Origin: Gammaproteobacteria bacterium
GTDB taxonomy: Bacteria; Pseudomonadota; Gammaproteobacteria; Eutrophobiales; Eutrophobiaceae
Length of the DNA: 64,000 nucleotides
Assembly (NCBI GenBank): GCA_963422205.2
Contig: CAXMWX010000001.1
Location: 32,001 to 96,000 of the forward strand
Direction of reading: 5' to 3'
The notes below the pieces were generated by a model, which worked only from the letters and a program-made list of their open reading frames with translations, had not been told where the DNA came from and searched no databases. Below are positions 10,347 through 21,510 of this stretch, one piece after another (positions within the stretch are counted from its first letter, which is position 1; each line of letters starts with the position of its first letter). Position numbers and translations under genes: made by a program.

Positions 10347-11345
10347 ATGCTGCATTTTCAATGGCCGTGGCTGGTGGTGTTGCTGCCCTTGCCCTATGTG
10401 ATTTACCGCTACAGCCGACCGGCCGAGGCCAACATGCAGGCCGCCCTGCACGTGCCTTTTTTTGACGACTTCACGCGACCGGCAGCGGGCACGGGCAAAC
10501 GCATGACCCCGCACAATGCGTTGTGGCCGGGCCTTGTTATCTGGCTGCTGTTGCTGCTGGCGGCGATGCGGCCGCAATGGCTGGGCGATGTGATTGAGAT
10601 CCCCGTCAGTGGCCGTGAATTGATGTTGGCCGTGGATCTATCCGCCAGCATGGGGGAAGAGGACTTTGTGCTCAGCGGCGTTCGTGTCAGCCGGCTGGAG
10701 GCGGTAAAATTCGTGGCGGGCAGATTCATCGGGCGGCGGCTGGGCGATCAGCTTGGCTTGATACTGTACGGCGATCAGGCATATTTGCAGGCACCGCTTA
10801 CCTTTGACCGAGAGACGATTCACACCTTGCTGGATGAGTCTGAAATCGGCCTGGCAGGGCGTCGCACGGCCATAGGTGATGCCATTGGTCTGGCGGTCAA
10901 GCGCCTGCGCGAGCGGGATGAGAAAAATCGGGTGCTGATCCTGCTCACTGACGGGGCCAATACGGCCGGTGTGGTTGACCCGCTGGAGGCGGCTGAACTG
11001 GCCGCCCGGTATGGCCTGAAAATTTATACCATCGGCGTGGGCGCTGACAGGCTGGACGTTAAGGGGTTGTTCGGTCTTCGCCGGATTAACCCCTCGGCGG
11101 ATCTTGATGAGCAGGCATTGCAGGAAATCGCCCGCCTGACCGATGGCCGGTATTTTCGCGCCCGTGATCTGGATGAGCTGGAAGAAATTTACGCCCTGCT
11201 GGATGCCTTGGAGCCGGTGGAACAAGATGTCAAAAAATTCCGCCCCCGCAGCGCGCTGTATTACTGGCCCTTGAGCCTGGCGTTTATTCTGGCCGGGATC
11301 ATCAGCATGTATAAATTCCGCCCTGACAGGATGAGCATACAATGA
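10347..11345 (+). CDS. vWA-domain membrane protein (BatA-like)
   Basis: MIDAS DLSASM, TAIGDAIG, LLTDG. Confidence 0.9.
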   Translation: MLHFQWPWLVVLLPLPYVIYRYSRPAEANMQAALHVPFFDDFTRPAAGTGKRMTPHNALWPGLVIWLLLLLAAMRPQWLGDVIEIPVSGRELMLAVDLSASMGEEDFVLSGVRVSRLEAVKFVAGRFIGRRLGDQLGLILYGDQAYLQAPLTFDRETIHTLLDESEIGLAGRRTAIGDAIGLAVKRLRERDEKNRVLILLTDGANTAGVVDPLEAAELAARYGLKIYTIGVGADRLDVKGLFGLRRINPSADLDEQALQEIARLTDGRYFRARDLDELEEIYALLDALEPVEQDVKKFRPRSALYYWPLSLAFILAGIISMYKFRPDRMSIQ

Positions 11346-13216
11346 CAACCCTGGCACAGTTTCACTTCATCCGCCCCTACTGGCTGCTGGCTTTTCTGCC
11401 GCTGTTGCTGTTGCTCTGGCAGGTGTACCGGCGCAAGCTGGGCAATCCTCACTGGGAGGCATTTTGTGATGCCGCCCTGCTGCCACATATTCTCACCCGC
11501 CCCACCGCCCGCCCGCGCCATTACCTGCTGCTGTGGCTCGCCATCACCGGCGCGCTCGCCATCCTTGCGCTGGCCGGCCCGGCCTGGAAAAAATTACCCC
11601 AGCCGGTCTTCAGCGATCAGCGCGCGCTGGTGATCGCCCTGGATCTAAGCCGCTCCATGGATGCCAATGATCTGACGCCGGACCGCATCACCCGGGCGCG
11701 TTTTAAGATCAGCGACCTGCTCGCCGCCCGCCCGGATGGTCAGACGGCCCTGCTGGTCTATGCCGGTGATGCGTTTGTGGTCACGCCACTGACGGATGAT
11801 GCCGAGACGATCACCGCCCAGCTCAATGCCTTAACGCCCGCCATCATGCCCGCCCCGGGCAACCGCACCGATCTGGCGCTCGACCGGGCAGGGGCGCTGC
11901 TGACCCAGGCCGGCATGAGCCAGGGCAGCGTCCTGCTGATCACCGATGAGGTGGCATTGCCGCCCCCGGACGAGGCGGTTGCCCGGCTGCGCCAGCAGGG
12001 CGCCAGCCTGTCCATACTGGGCGTTGGCAGCCAGCATGGCGTGCCAGTGCCGCTGGCCGATGGCAGCTTTCTGAAAGGTGCAGACGGGGAGATCATCATT
12101 CCGGTGCTAAAGGAAGCACCGATGCGTAAACTGGCCGCACTGGGCGGCGGCATCTACCACAGGCTGTCGAACAATGATGCCGATATTGACGCCTTGCTCA
12201 GGTACCTTCAGCGTGATGGCACGCCGCAGATGGCAGAGCGCACCGAGCTACAGACGGATCTCTGGCACGAACAGGGGCCCTGGCTGGTGCTGCTGCTGTT
12301 GCCCCTGGTGGCGATGAGTTTCAGGAAGGGCTATCTGTTGCTCCTGCTGGCATGGTTGCCGGTAACCGAGGAGGCCACAGCGTTTGGCTGGCGTGATCTC
12401 TGGCTGAATTCGAATCAGCAGGGCGAGCGTGCCATGAACTCAGAACACTACGATGAGGCACAGGCTCTGTTTCAGGATGAGCAGTGGAAGGCGGCGGCGG
12501 CGTACAAGGCCAGGGATTATGCGGCGGCATTGGAACACCTTGAGGGCCTTGACGGCATAACGGCGGACTATAACCGGGCCAATGCCCATGCCATGCTGGG
12601 CGACTATCCGCAGGCCATCGCCGCCTATGATGAGGTGCTGGCAGCAGACTCTGACCATGAAGATGCGCGGTTTAACAAGGATTTGCTGGAACAAGCGCTG
12701 AAACAACAGCCACAGCCACAGCAGGGCGGCAACGCCGCCGAACAGGAAAAACAGCAATCCCCAAATCAGCAGGAGAGTGACGGGCAGGCCGGTCAGCAGG
12801 AGAATGACCAGCATGAAAATGATGAGCAGCAGGAGAATGGTCAACAGGCCAATCAGAAAGAGAGCAACCGCCAGTCACCTGCCGATGCCGCCGCCAGCGA
12901 TCCACCGCAAACACCGCCCGATTCGCCGGCTGAGACCGGGCAACATAAGGACGAACAGGAAACTGACCAGCAGGCCGCCACGCCGCCACAGCAAACGCCA
13001 TCCGGCCAGGACGAGCCAGCCAGCGAAGAGGCGCCTGTGCAAGCACCACAGGCGGCACAAGCGGCCGAGCCAGTCCGGGTTGATGAGGACAATCAGGCAA
13101 TCGAGCAATGGCTGCGCCGCATTCCCGATGATCCGGCCGGTTTGTTAAGACGAAAATTCCAGTTTCAATATGGCCGCCGGCAACAGGATGCCAATGCGGC
13201 GGATACCTCATGGTGA
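11342..13216 (+). CDS. vWA + TPR protein (BatB/BatC-like) with a Q/E/P-rich linker
   Basis: DLSRSM MIDAS, TPR YNRANAHAMLGDYPQAIAAYDEVL, C-terminal EQWLRRIPDDPAGLLRRKF. Confidence 0.88.
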   Translation: MTTLAQFHFIRPYWLLAFLPLLLLLWQVYRRKLGNPHWEAFCDAALLPHILTRPTARPRHYLLLWLAITGALAILALAGPAWKKLPQPVFSDQRALVIALDLSRSMDANDLTPDRITRARFKISDLLAARPDGQTALLVYAGDAFVVTPLTDDAETITAQLNALTPAIMPAPGNRTDLALDRAGALLTQAGMSQGSVLLITDEVALPPPDEAVARLRQQGASLSILGVGSQHGVPVPLADGSFLKGADGEIIIPVLKEAPMRKLAALGGGIYHRLSNNDADIDALLRYLQRDGTPQMAERTELQTDLWHEQGPWLVLLLLPLVAMSFRKGYLLLLLAWLPVTEEATAFGWRDLWLNSNQQGERAMNSEHYDEAQALFQDEQWKAAAAYKARDYAAALEHLEGLDGITADYNRANAHAMLGDYPQAIAAYDEVLAADSDHEDARFNKDLLEQALKQQPQPQQGGNAAEQEKQQSPNQQESDGQAGQQENDQHENDEQQENGQQANQKESNRQSPADAAASDPPQTPPDSPAETGQHKDEQETDQQAATPPQQTPSGQDEPASEEAPVQAPQAAQAAEPVRVDEDNQAIEQWLRRIPDDPAGLLRRKFQFQYGRRQQDANAADTSW

Positions 13217-14943
13217 TGCACATGATGAGCAGCTGGCGGCCGCTGTTCATCTGGCTGGTATGGCTGCCTGCTGTGAGCATTGCCAAGACCAATATCATCG
13301 TCAAGGCCGACCGCCATCCGGTGTTGCTGGAGGAATCCTTTGATCTGATCTTTGAGGCCGATGGTGCGGTTGATGATGAGCCGGACTTCACGCCGTTGAC
13401 TCAGGACTTCGACATCCTGTCCACCCATACCGGCAGCAGCATCAGCGTGATCAATGCCCGCATCAGCACCACCAAGACCTGGACGCTGACGCTGTTTGCC
13501 CGGCGCGAGGGTCGCCTGCCGATTCCGGCGATTGCATTTGGCGCTGATCGCAGCCCGGCAACTGCCATCACCGTCCAGCGCACCTCGCCCGGCCAGGGCA
13601 ATCGCCCGCCGGAGGATATTTTTCTCATCCTGAAGGTAAGGCCACAGGAGGTGTATGTACAGCAGCAGTTGATAGCGAAAGTGAAGCTCTATCGTGCGGT
13701 CAACACGGCTAACGCCACCCTGAGCGAGCCAGAGCTGACCTCCGGCAAGGCGATCATCGAACCCCTGGATAAAGACAGCGAATATGAGACCATCATCAAT
13801 AATCAACGTTATCAGGTGCTGGAACGATCTTATGCCGTCTATCCGCAGGAAAGCGGCACAATGCAATTCAAGCCGATACGTTTTCAGGGGCAGATTGCCC
13901 GCCAGTCCGGTTTTATGTTCAATCCCTTTGGCCCCAGGCCAAGGACAGTGGTGCGGCAATCGCCCGTTGTCGAGCTTACAGTAAAGGCCATTGCCGATGC
14001 CTTTACCGGTACACACTGGCTGCCAGCCAGCCGCCTCACGCTGTCCGAGCAATGGTCGCAGGACCCGCTGACAATGCGGGTCAATGCGCCGATAACGCGC
14101 ACACTCAACATCACCGCCGAGGGCCTGACGGCCAGCCAGCTACCGGTGCTGACCGCCCATCTGGGCGATGCGTTTAAGCAATACCCCGACCAGCCCGTGC
14201 TGGAGACCCGCAAGACCCTCAACGGCAGCACGGGCATCCGCCAGGAGAAGTCGGCGTTGATCCCGACAGCCGCCGGTGATTTCACCCTGCCGGAAGTCCG
14301 CCTGCCCTGGTGGAACACGCAGACCGACACCCTGGAATATGCCGTCTTGCCCGAGCGCACAGTCCGGGTATTGGCAGATGCAACGGCTGCCCGGATCACC
14401 CCCCCGCCAGTTGCACCGCCCGCCGTCACGGCGGATGCGCTGAACCTTGCAGAGGATTCCGCAGACGATGATAAAGATCCGGCCGTAAAAGACGTTGCCC
14501 GCCCCGCCATGCTGTGGAACTGGCTGACCATCGTCTTGGCCGCCGGCTGGCTGCTGACCCTGTCAGTGCTGGCCGTATTCTTATTCAGGCAGAGGCGGCC
14601 ACACACCCTCACCCGCCAGGACGATGAGAACCACCGCATGATTCTTGCCTGGCTGAAACAGGCATGTCATGAACACGATGCCGGGCAGGCAAAATCGGCC
14701 TTGCTCGCCTGGGGGCGGCTGAACTGGGGGCAGCAGACGATCACCAGCCTGGGAGATATACAGCAGCGCTGTCAGCCGGGCCTGGCGGCGGCGCTGGCCG
14801 ACTTGTCGCAGTCGCTGTATGGCCGCCAGCCCACGGCCTGGCGGGGAGAGTCCTTGTGGTCGGCTTTTCAGCAGGCACAAACGCCAGCAAACACCACCGC
14901 CGCCCCGCCCGAGGGCGAGTTGCAACCCCTAAATCGTCTGTAA
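13210..14943 (+). CDS. BatD family protein
   Basis: Signal peptide, repeated Ig-like BatD units (YVQQQL, YPDQP, LPWWNT), C-terminal TM; last gene of the moxR operon. Confidence 0.87.
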   Translation: MVMHMMSSWRPLFIWLVWLPAVSIAKTNIIVKADRHPVLLEESFDLIFEADGAVDDEPDFTPLTQDFDILSTHTGSSISVINARISTTKTWTLTLFARREGRLPIPAIAFGADRSPATAITVQRTSPGQGNRPPEDIFLILKVRPQEVYVQQQLIAKVKLYRAVNTANATLSEPELTSGKAIIEPLDKDSEYETIINNQRYQVLERSYAVYPQESGTMQFKPIRFQGQIARQSGFMFNPFGPRPRTVVRQSPVVELTVKAIADAFTGTHWLPASRLTLSEQWSQDPLTMRVNAPITRTLNITAEGLTASQLPVLTAHLGDAFKQYPDQPVLETRKTLNGSTGIRQEKSALIPTAAGDFTLPEVRLPWWNTQTDTLEYAVLPERTVRVLADATAARITPPPVAPPAVTADALNLAEDSADDDKDPAVKDVARPAMLWNWLTIVLAAGWLLTLSVLAVFLFRQRRPHTLTRQDDENHRMILAWLKQACHEHDAGQAKSALLAWGRLNWGQQTITSLGDIQQRCQPGLAAALADLSQSLYGRQPTAWRGESLWSAFQQAQTPANTTAAPPEGELQPLNRL

Positions 14944-14971
14944 TCATCGTCTGTAATTATCGTCTGTAATT
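14933..14971. repeat. 3 x 13-bp tandem repeat ATCGTCTGTAAT(C/T) spanning the batD stop codon
   Basis: atcgtctgtaatc / atcgtctgtaatt / atcgtctgtaatt read directly. Confidence 0.9.
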
Positions 14972-15016
14972 GGCGTAACGGCCAGTTTGTGTCGGCAGGG
15001 AGGGTGTCAACGTATC

Positions 15017-15319
15017 TTAGGGGTCGTATCCGTAGACGGCCAGTTCAATCCGGCCATCCGGCGTGAACTGCACCCCTTCCGCCGCCAGTAACCGGCGTTG
15101 TCGGTCATGCCCGTCCCCGTGCCTGCGCGGGCTGATTTTGCCCTGGCTGTTGATCACGCGGTGCCAGGGGATGCGGCCATCATCCCGCCGGCAGGCCAGG
15201 GCATACCCCACCTCTCTGGCATGGCAACCGCCCACCGCCCGGGCAACCTGCCCGTATGTCATCACCCGCCCCTCAGGGATGCGGCTTACCAACGCATAAA
15301 TCGCATCATAACGGCGCAT
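15017..15319 (-). CDS. Alkyltransferase-like (ATL/MGMT family) DNA-binding protein
   Basis: IPEGRVMTYGQVA...AREVG...IPWHRVINSQG, with PWHR in place of the catalytic PCHR; GGAGAG RBS before ATG 15319. Confidence 0.88.
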   Translation of the reverse strand: MRRYDAIYALVSRIPEGRVMTYGQVARAVGGCHAREVGYALACRRDDGRIPWHRVINSQGKISPRRHGDGHDRQRRLLAAEGVQFTPDGRIELAVYGYDP

Positions 15320-15697
15320 CTCTCCGGCACTCTCGCTTGCCCCGCCAGCACGCCCCGGCCAGTATGCGTATGGCATGATACGCCAGCGACCCTAACGGTA
15401 AGAGACAATAAAAAAGCGGCTTGCCACCCCTTGACCCAAGCACCATCTTCCTAAGGCCGGCTATAAAAACAACTTACCCCACGGCCACGATAGCCAGCAT
15501 CGCCGAAGCACCGGCGATGTGATGGATAAAAGCTGTCTCTTTTGTCGTCTTCTATCCCGATTTTCCCCATTTCAATCTCGTTTCGAGTATTCATGTTCGC
15601 ACTCATCCCGTCCCTTATTAAACGTGATTGGCAGTATAACCCCCCGCATCAGCCGTTAAAATCCCGACACCGCTTCTCGCCTTGATGTGCTGTCCTG

Positions 15698-16042
15698 ATG
15701 GTGTACCGCTCATCTCCGCCAGCACCGCCGTGTCGTATTGCCGCCACCCTGCCCGATGAGCCTGCCAGGGCAGCCGCCCGTGACCGCTTCCAGAGCCAGG
15801 TCGAGAGCTATGTCTATGTTGACCCCACCGGCCCGTCCGTACAAGCCTCTGCCGTGGGCGCTCTGACCACCACCATCAACACCCTCATCAGTCAACGGCT
15901 GTCCGCTTATCGCCGTGCTGCCCGCCCACCCGTGCAGGTGGCCACCACCGCCCTGCTGCCGGGGATGCTGGCCAGGGGAGAAGACCCGCGCATCTGGGGG
16001 GAGGTATTCGCTGCCTTGTCTGCTTGGTTCGGGCTGTTGTGA
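15698..16042 (+). pseudogene. Probable fragment of an autotransporter-like protein
   Basis: DPTGPSVQASAVGALTTTINTLISQRL...RIWGEVF resembles the linker and start of an autotransporter beta-domain; no signal peptide and truncated. Confidence 0.35.
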
Positions 16043-16586
16043 TCGAAGGGGTAGTGGTCAGGCAACGCAGCGGTGCTGGTAAGCCGTGCAGGGGGGATAG
16101 CGGCCAGGGATGACTGAATTAAGCAACGCCCGGCACTGATGGCATCAAGCCAGGAGACAAGCGAAAGATGGCTGGGTCAGTGGGAGTGAGTCAGAGATAA
16201 TCAGAGGGGGCCTGGCTCATGCGGCTGTCCGCTTGAGGGGCAAACCGCAGGTAGTGATGGGTGTTAAGCGAATGAGACAGTGACAGATGATTGGGGGGCG
16301 CCGGGGTAGGCAGGGATGACCGAAGTTGAGCAGCGCAATTACGCCGGTATCAGTTAAGGGTGAGGCAAGGCCACCAGCCATGCCGTATGCAATCTGCCTT
16401 GTTGGCAAGGTGGGTTCATCTTGATGCTGTCGGTAGCTGACCTGCTGCAAGCCAGCACAGGGCGGGATGATCCTGGAAGTCGTCCGCTGTCTTCGAGCGG
16501 GAAATTTTTCAAACGCTGCTACAGGACAGATCGCCAGAGATCGTCATAGCATCGGCACGGCGGCCTCCCGGATGATTGATACATGC

Positions 16587-18035
16587 TTAACCTGGTGCAT
16601 TCGTGAGCTGGCTTGCTGTCGTTCGTATCAACTCCCAGGCCTGCTTGACATGTTGCCGTTCGGTACTCGCCTGACCGATACACAGCCGCAAGCTGAACTC
16701 GCCGTTTAAGGTGGTGTGGGTCAAATACAGTTTGCCAGAGCGGTTGAGCGCATCCAGCAGCCGCCGGTTGAACGCCTCGCTGTCTTTATGACGAAAACAG
16801 ATCAGGTTAAAAGCCACCGGTGCCACGATCTCATAAGCCGCATCGGCTGCAATCCAGCCTGCCATTTCTCGCGTGAGTTCAATATGCCGACGGATGTGAT
16901 AACGCAAGCCATCAAGGCCGTAATAACGCAGCACAAACCAGAGTTTCAAGGCCCGAAAACGCCGGCCCAGGGGGATGTGCCAGTCGCGGTAATCAAACAC
17001 GGCACCGCTGCTCGTTGCCTGATTCTTTAAATACTCCGGCAGGATGCTCAGCGTCTTGATCAGGATGGTGCGCTCGGCCACCCAGAAGCAGCTACAGTCA
17101 AAATTCGTGAACAGCCACTTGTGCGGGTTAAAACAATAACTCATGGCGTATTCCATACCATCGTGCAGATGATGGTATTCAGGACACAGGCAGGCACTGC
17201 CGGCCATGGCACCATCGACATGCAGCCACAGATCCTCCCGCTGGCAGATCTCCCCTATAGCCCTGATTGGATCGGTGGCGGTTGAGGAGGTGGTGCCCAG
17301 CGTGGCGCAGACATAAACCGGCGTAAGACCAGCGGCCTTATCAGCGGCGATCTGCTCGGTCAGTTTATCCGCCCGCATGGCAAAGTGCTCATCCACGGCG
17401 ATCTGTCGCAGCCTGTGGCGTCCCATCCCCACCACGCCCATTGCTTTCTCCAGCGAGGAGTGTGTCTGGGTTGAACAATAGGCCAGCAGGGTCCCATCAC
17501 AGCCGTGAAGATTGCTCTGGTAGTTGGTCGCCCGCTCTCTGGCGGCGAGCAGGGAGCACAGCACGGCGCTGGAGGCCGAATCCTGTATCACGCCGCCGCC
17601 CGTGCTGCTGGACTTGAACTTTTCCGGCAGCGCCAGGGGCTTGATCAGCCAATCCAGTACCCGGGTTTCCACCTCGGTACAGGCCGGGCTGGTAGACCAG
17701 AGCATCCCCTGCACGCCCAGCCCGGAGGAGAGCAGATCGCCCAGGATGGCCGGTCCGGAGGTATTGGCCGGAAAATAGGCATAGAAGTTCGGCGATTGCC
17801 AGTGCGTGATCCCGGGCAGTATCTTCTCATCCATATCGCTGAGAATCTGCTCGAAAGCCTCGCCGCTATCGGGCGCTGCATCGGGCAGTGAGTCTGTGAT
17901 CTCGCCGGGTTTGACCTGGGACAGCACCGGGTAGCGCTCCACCTGTTCATAATAATCGGCTATCCAGTCGATGACTTTTCTGCCCTGCTCCCTGAACTCC
18001 TGGGGGGACATGTGAAAATTTTTCAACTCGGACAT
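16587..18035 (-). CDS. Aromatic-L-amino-acid decarboxylase family (PLP group II)
   Basis: ILPGITHWQSPNFYAYFP, WLHVDGAMAG, PLP lysine FNPHKW, LGRRFRALKLWF. Confidence 0.93.
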   Translation of the reverse strand: MSELKNFHMSPQEFREQGRKVIDWIADYYEQVERYPVLSQVKPGEITDSLPDAAPDSGEAFEQILSDMDEKILPGITHWQSPNFYAYFPANTSGPAILGDLLSSGLGVQGMLWSTSPACTEVETRVLDWLIKPLALPEKFKSSSTGGGVIQDSASSAVLCSLLAARERATNYQSNLHGCDGTLLAYCSTQTHSSLEKAMGVVGMGRHRLRQIAVDEHFAMRADKLTEQIAADKAAGLTPVYVCATLGTTSSTATDPIRAIGEICQREDLWLHVDGAMAGSACLCPEYHHLHDGMEYAMSYCFNPHKWLFTNFDCSCFWVAERTILIKTLSILPEYLKNQATSSGAVFDYRDWHIPLGRRFRALKLWFVLRYYGLDGLRYHIRRHIELTREMAGWIAADAAYEIVAPVAFNLICFRHKDSEAFNRRLLDALNRSGKLYLTHTTLNGEFSLRLCIGQASTERQHVKQAWELIRTTASQLTNAPG

Positions 18036-18121
18036 GCGCTATTCCTTAAACTTGCAGTATGAATGCCAAGCATACCATTGATACAGCGGGCAGAGATCAG
18101 CAAAACCGCAGCTGAGCACCG

Positions 18122-18598
18122 ATGAGCGATAAAGTGCCGATGCGATATCTGTGTCACCCGCTGCATTTTTTGTCTCTGGGTTTTGGTGCCGGTTTATTTC
18201 CAAAGTGTCCGGGTACGATGGGTACGGGGGTGGCGGTTGTGCTGTATTATCCCATGCAGTCCCTGCCCTGGCAGGGGTATTTGCTGTGTCTGTTGCTGTT
18301 TTTTATCGGCGGGATAGGCTTATGTGCCTACACCGCCAGGGCCCTGGGCGAGCATGATCATGCGGCCATCGTCTGGGATGAGATCACCGGCTATTTACTG
18401 ACCATGTTCATGGCACCTTCAGGCTGGCAATGGATGCTGGCCGGTTTTATTGTGTTCCGCCTGTTCGATATTGCCAAGCCCTGGCCGATACGCTGGCTTG
18501 ACAAACAGGTGCCGGGTGGCTCAGGAATCATGCTGGATGATGTTGTGGCGGGTATTTTTGGCTTATTTATTATTCAAATAACTGTATATTTGTTATAA
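18122..18598 (+). CDS. pgpA: Phosphatidylglycerophosphatase A
   Basis: PGTMGT, HDHAAIVWDEITG, FRLFDIAKPWPIRWLD, GIMLDDVVAG. Confidence 0.95.
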   Translation: MSDKVPMRYLCHPLHFLSLGFGAGLFPKCPGTMGTGVAVVLYYPMQSLPWQGYLLCLLLFFIGGIGLCAYTARALGEHDHAAIVWDEITGYLLTMFMAPSGWQWMLAGFIVFRLFDIAKPWPIRWLDKQVPGGSGIMLDDVVAGIFGLFIIQITVYLL

Positions 18599-18674
18599 AG
18601 TTAGCTTATTAATCTAAGCCATTGATGTAATCAATGGCTGATGCTGAACACATTAATCTTTAAGCGAGGCAGAT

Positions 18675-19289
18675 ATGCACGGGCGATACACACACCTGTT
18701 GGTTCTTGCTGGCGGTCTCATGTTGTGCCTGCCGCTGGCGCTGTATGCCGATATTTACCGCTATATCGACAAACATGGCCGTGTCGTTCTGACCGATGAG
18801 CCGAAAAACAGCCAATACAAGCGGCTGGTGAGAACCTGGAAGGGTTGGGAGGAAGTCAAAAACCAGATCGCCTTGCAGGATTTTTATCAGAACAAAAAGA
18901 AATACCAGTCCACCATTGATTTCTATGCTGCCCAACATGGCATCCCCGGCCCTTTGCTGCATGCGGTTGTGGCCACTGAATCGGCCTATGATCCGAATGC
19001 CGTCTCACGTGCCGGGGCGGTCGGGCTGATGCAGTTAATGCCGGAGACAGCAAAGCGCTATGGCGTCAGCAACCGCCGCAATCCGGCGGAGAATTTGAGC
19101 GGCGGTACACGCTATTTGCGTGATCTGCTACGGCTTTTCAACAACAATCTGGTGCTGGCCCTGGCCGCTTATAACGCTGGCGAGGGCGCTGTGCAACGGC
19201 ATGGCAATAAAGTCCCGCCCTATAAAGAAACCCAGCGCTATGTCAGGAAGGTCATTAACTTCTATAACAAAAATAAAAAAAGCACCTGA
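18675..19289 (+). CDS. Lytic transglycosylase (SLT domain) with an N-terminal DUF4124-like domain
   Basis: ESAYDPNAVSRAGAVGLMQLMP, ALAAYNAGEGAV, ETQRYV; N-terminal IYRYIDKHGRVVLTDEP. Confidence 0.92.
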   Translation: MHGRYTHLLVLAGGLMLCLPLALYADIYRYIDKHGRVVLTDEPKNSQYKRLVRTWKGWEEVKNQIALQDFYQNKKKYQSTIDFYAAQHGIPGPLLHAVVATESAYDPNAVSRAGAVGLMQLMPETAKRYGVSNRRNPAENLSGGTRYLRDLLRLFNNNLVLALAAYNAGEGAVQRHGNKVPPYKETQRYVRKVINFYNKNKKST

Positions 19290-19468
19290 TTTTCAGGCGG
19301 TTGCAAAAATTCTCAACACCACTTGAGGGTTGCACGATATAATTCCTGCCGCTACAGTAAAAAAACAGCCTGCATCAGCGTGCTTAAATCCTGCGGGGGG
19401 TAGAGATATTAAGGATAAGCACCGATTATCCATGGATTAACCCGAATAGACAGAACAGCAGGGGATGA

Positions 19469-19729
19469 ATGTTGTCATCAGAGTTATTTAACAGCGGCTT
19501 GCATCTGATGTACTACGGCATGGGGGTGGTGTTTATATTTTTGACCCTGCTGTTTGTGCTGACGGTGGGCATGTCGGCTACAGTGCGCCGATTTTTACCC
19601 GACCCCCTGGCCGTATCACAGCACAGCATACGTCTTGATGCCGAGCAGATCAGCGTCATCACGGCAGCAATACACCGCTATCGCAACCAGCACGCCATCC
19701 GCCGGGCGGCCCCTCATGTCAGCAACTAA
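19469..19729 (+). CDS. oadG: Na+-pumping oxaloacetate decarboxylase gamma subunit
   Basis: [14 protein letters not shown] helix and ITAAIHRYR; precedes oadA. Confidence 0.85.
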   Translation: MLSSELFNSGLHLMYYGMGVVFIFLTLLFVLTVGMSATVRRFLPDPLAVSQHSIRLDAEQISVITAAIHRYRNQHAIRRAAPHVSN

Positions 19730-21506
19730 ACCCTTAGGTATTACCGAAGTCGTCCTGCGCGATGGTCACCAATCCTTACTGGCAACGCGCATGCGTATTG
19801 ACGATATGTTGCCCATTGCCGAGAGGCTGGATCAGGTGGGTTACTGGTCAATGGAGTCGTGGGGCGGGGCGACTTACGATGCCTGCATCCGCTTTTTAGG
19901 CGAAGACCCCTGGGAGAGGCTGCGCCAGTTAAAGGCGGCCATGCCGGCCACGCCGCAGCAGATGTTGTTACGAGGGCAGAACTTGCTGGGCTATCGTCAT
20001 TATGCTGACGATGTGGTGGACCGGTTCGTTGAGCGCGCCGCCATAAACGGCATTGATGTGTTCCGTGTGTTTGATGCGATGAACGATCCGCGTAACCTTG
20101 AACGGGCGCTGGCTGCGGTCATCAAGACCGGTAAACATGCCCAGGGCACGCTCTCTTACACCATCAGCCCGGTACATACGCTGGATACCTGGTTGCAACT
20201 GGCCAGACAAATCGAATCCATGGGCGCACATTCTCTCGCCATCAAAGACATGGCCGGCCTGCTGAAGCCTTATGAAGCCTATACCCTCATCAAGCGCCTG
20301 AAGGCGACCGTGTCCATTCCCATCCACATGCAGTGCCATGCCACCACCGGCCTGTCCACGCCCACCATTGTCAAAGCCGTGGAGGCGGGCATTGATAATG
20401 TCGACACCTCGATCTCCTCCATGAGCCAGACTTACGGCCACAGCGCCACCGAAACCATCGTTGCCATCATGCAGGAGACCGAGCGCGATACCGGCTTTAA
20501 TCTTAACCTGCTGGAAGCCATCGCCGCGTATTTTCGCACGGTGAGAAAGAAATACGCCCGCTTTGAAGGCGCATTAAAAGGCATAGATGCACGCATCCTG
20601 ATCGCCCAGGCGCCCGGCGGGATGCTGACCAATCTGGAGAATCAACTGCGCGAACAAAAGGCCACCGAGCGCATGGATGAGGTGTTGCAGGAGATCCCGG
20701 CGGTGCGTCAAGACCTTGGCTATATCCCGCTGGTCACGCCGACTTCCCAGATTGTCGGCACACAAGCCGTGTTAAACGTGTTATCCGGCGAGCGCTACAA
20801 GACTATCGCCAAAGAGACTGCCGGCGTATTGCGGGGCGAGTACGGCGCCACGCCCGCCCCGGTCAACGCCGAGTTGCAACAACGGGTCAGCACCGATGTT
20901 GGGATCATCACCTGCCGTCCGGCGGACAAGCTGCAACCGGAGATGGATACATTAACCGCCGAGCTTGATGCACTTGCCAGGGCCCAAGGCATCACGCTGG
21001 CCGAGCAGGTCATTGATGATGTCCTGACCTATGCCTTGTTCCCGCAGGTGGGGCTGAAATTCCTAACCCATCGCGGTAACCCGCAGGCATTTGAACCCCC
21101 GCCTGAACAGATGTCAGACGATAAACCCCCAGCTGCTACCGCCCCTCCGGCACCTGCCGTTGAACATTATACCGTTGAAGTCAATGGCAATGCGTATCAT
21201 GTCAAAGTGGCCGCCGGGCAAGTCAGCGAGATCAGCGCAGCCGCCTCAGCGCCCCAACAAACCGGCCAGGCGAGCCGGCGACAGGATGGAAAGCCGGTCA
21301 CCGCCCCGCTGGCTGGCAACGTGGTCGAGATTGTCGTCAGCCCCGGCCAGACAATCAATGCCGGCGATACGCTGTTGACCCTGGAGGCCATGAAGATGGA
21401 GACGGCCGTCTCTGCGCCCTGTGGCGGACAGGTGGCCGAGATCCTCATCAGGCAGGGCGATGCCGTGGAGATGAATCAGACGCTGCTATACATCACGGCC
21501 AGTTAA
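19716..21506 (+). CDS. oadA: Oxaloacetate decarboxylase alpha subunit
   Basis: [25 protein letters not shown], biotin site EAMKME; start moved to ATG 19716. Confidence 0.96.
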   Translation: MSATKPLGITEVVLRDGHQSLLATRMRIDDMLPIAERLDQVGYWSMESWGGATYDACIRFLGEDPWERLRQLKAAMPATPQQMLLRGQNLLGYRHYADDVVDRFVERAAINGIDVFRVFDAMNDPRNLERALAAVIKTGKHAQGTLSYTISPVHTLDTWLQLARQIESMGAHSLAIKDMAGLLKPYEAYTLIKRLKATVSIPIHMQCHATTGLSTPTIVKAVEAGIDNVDTSISSMSQTYGHSATETIVAIMQETERDTGFNLNLLEAIAAYFRTVRKKYARFEGALKGIDARILIAQAPGGMLTNLENQLREQKATERMDEVLQEIPAVRQDLGYIPLVTPTSQIVGTQAVLNVLSGERYKTIAKETAGVLRGEYGATPAPVNAELQQRVSTDVGIITCRPADKLQPEMDTLTAELDALARAQGITLAEQVIDDVLTYALFPQVGLKFLTHRGNPQAFEPPPEQMSDDKPPAATAPPAPAVEHYTVEVNGNAYHVKVAAGQVSEISAAASAPQQTGQASRRQDGKPVTAPLAGNVVEIVVSPGQTINAGDTLLTLEAMKMETAVSAPCGGQVAEILIRQGDAVEMNQTLLYITAS

Positions 21507-21510
21507 GCCC

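Noticed and set aside
12700-13090. Q/E/P-rich low-complexity stretch
   Set aside because: This is the usual disordered linker of BatB/C-like TPR proteins, not a DNA repeat element.
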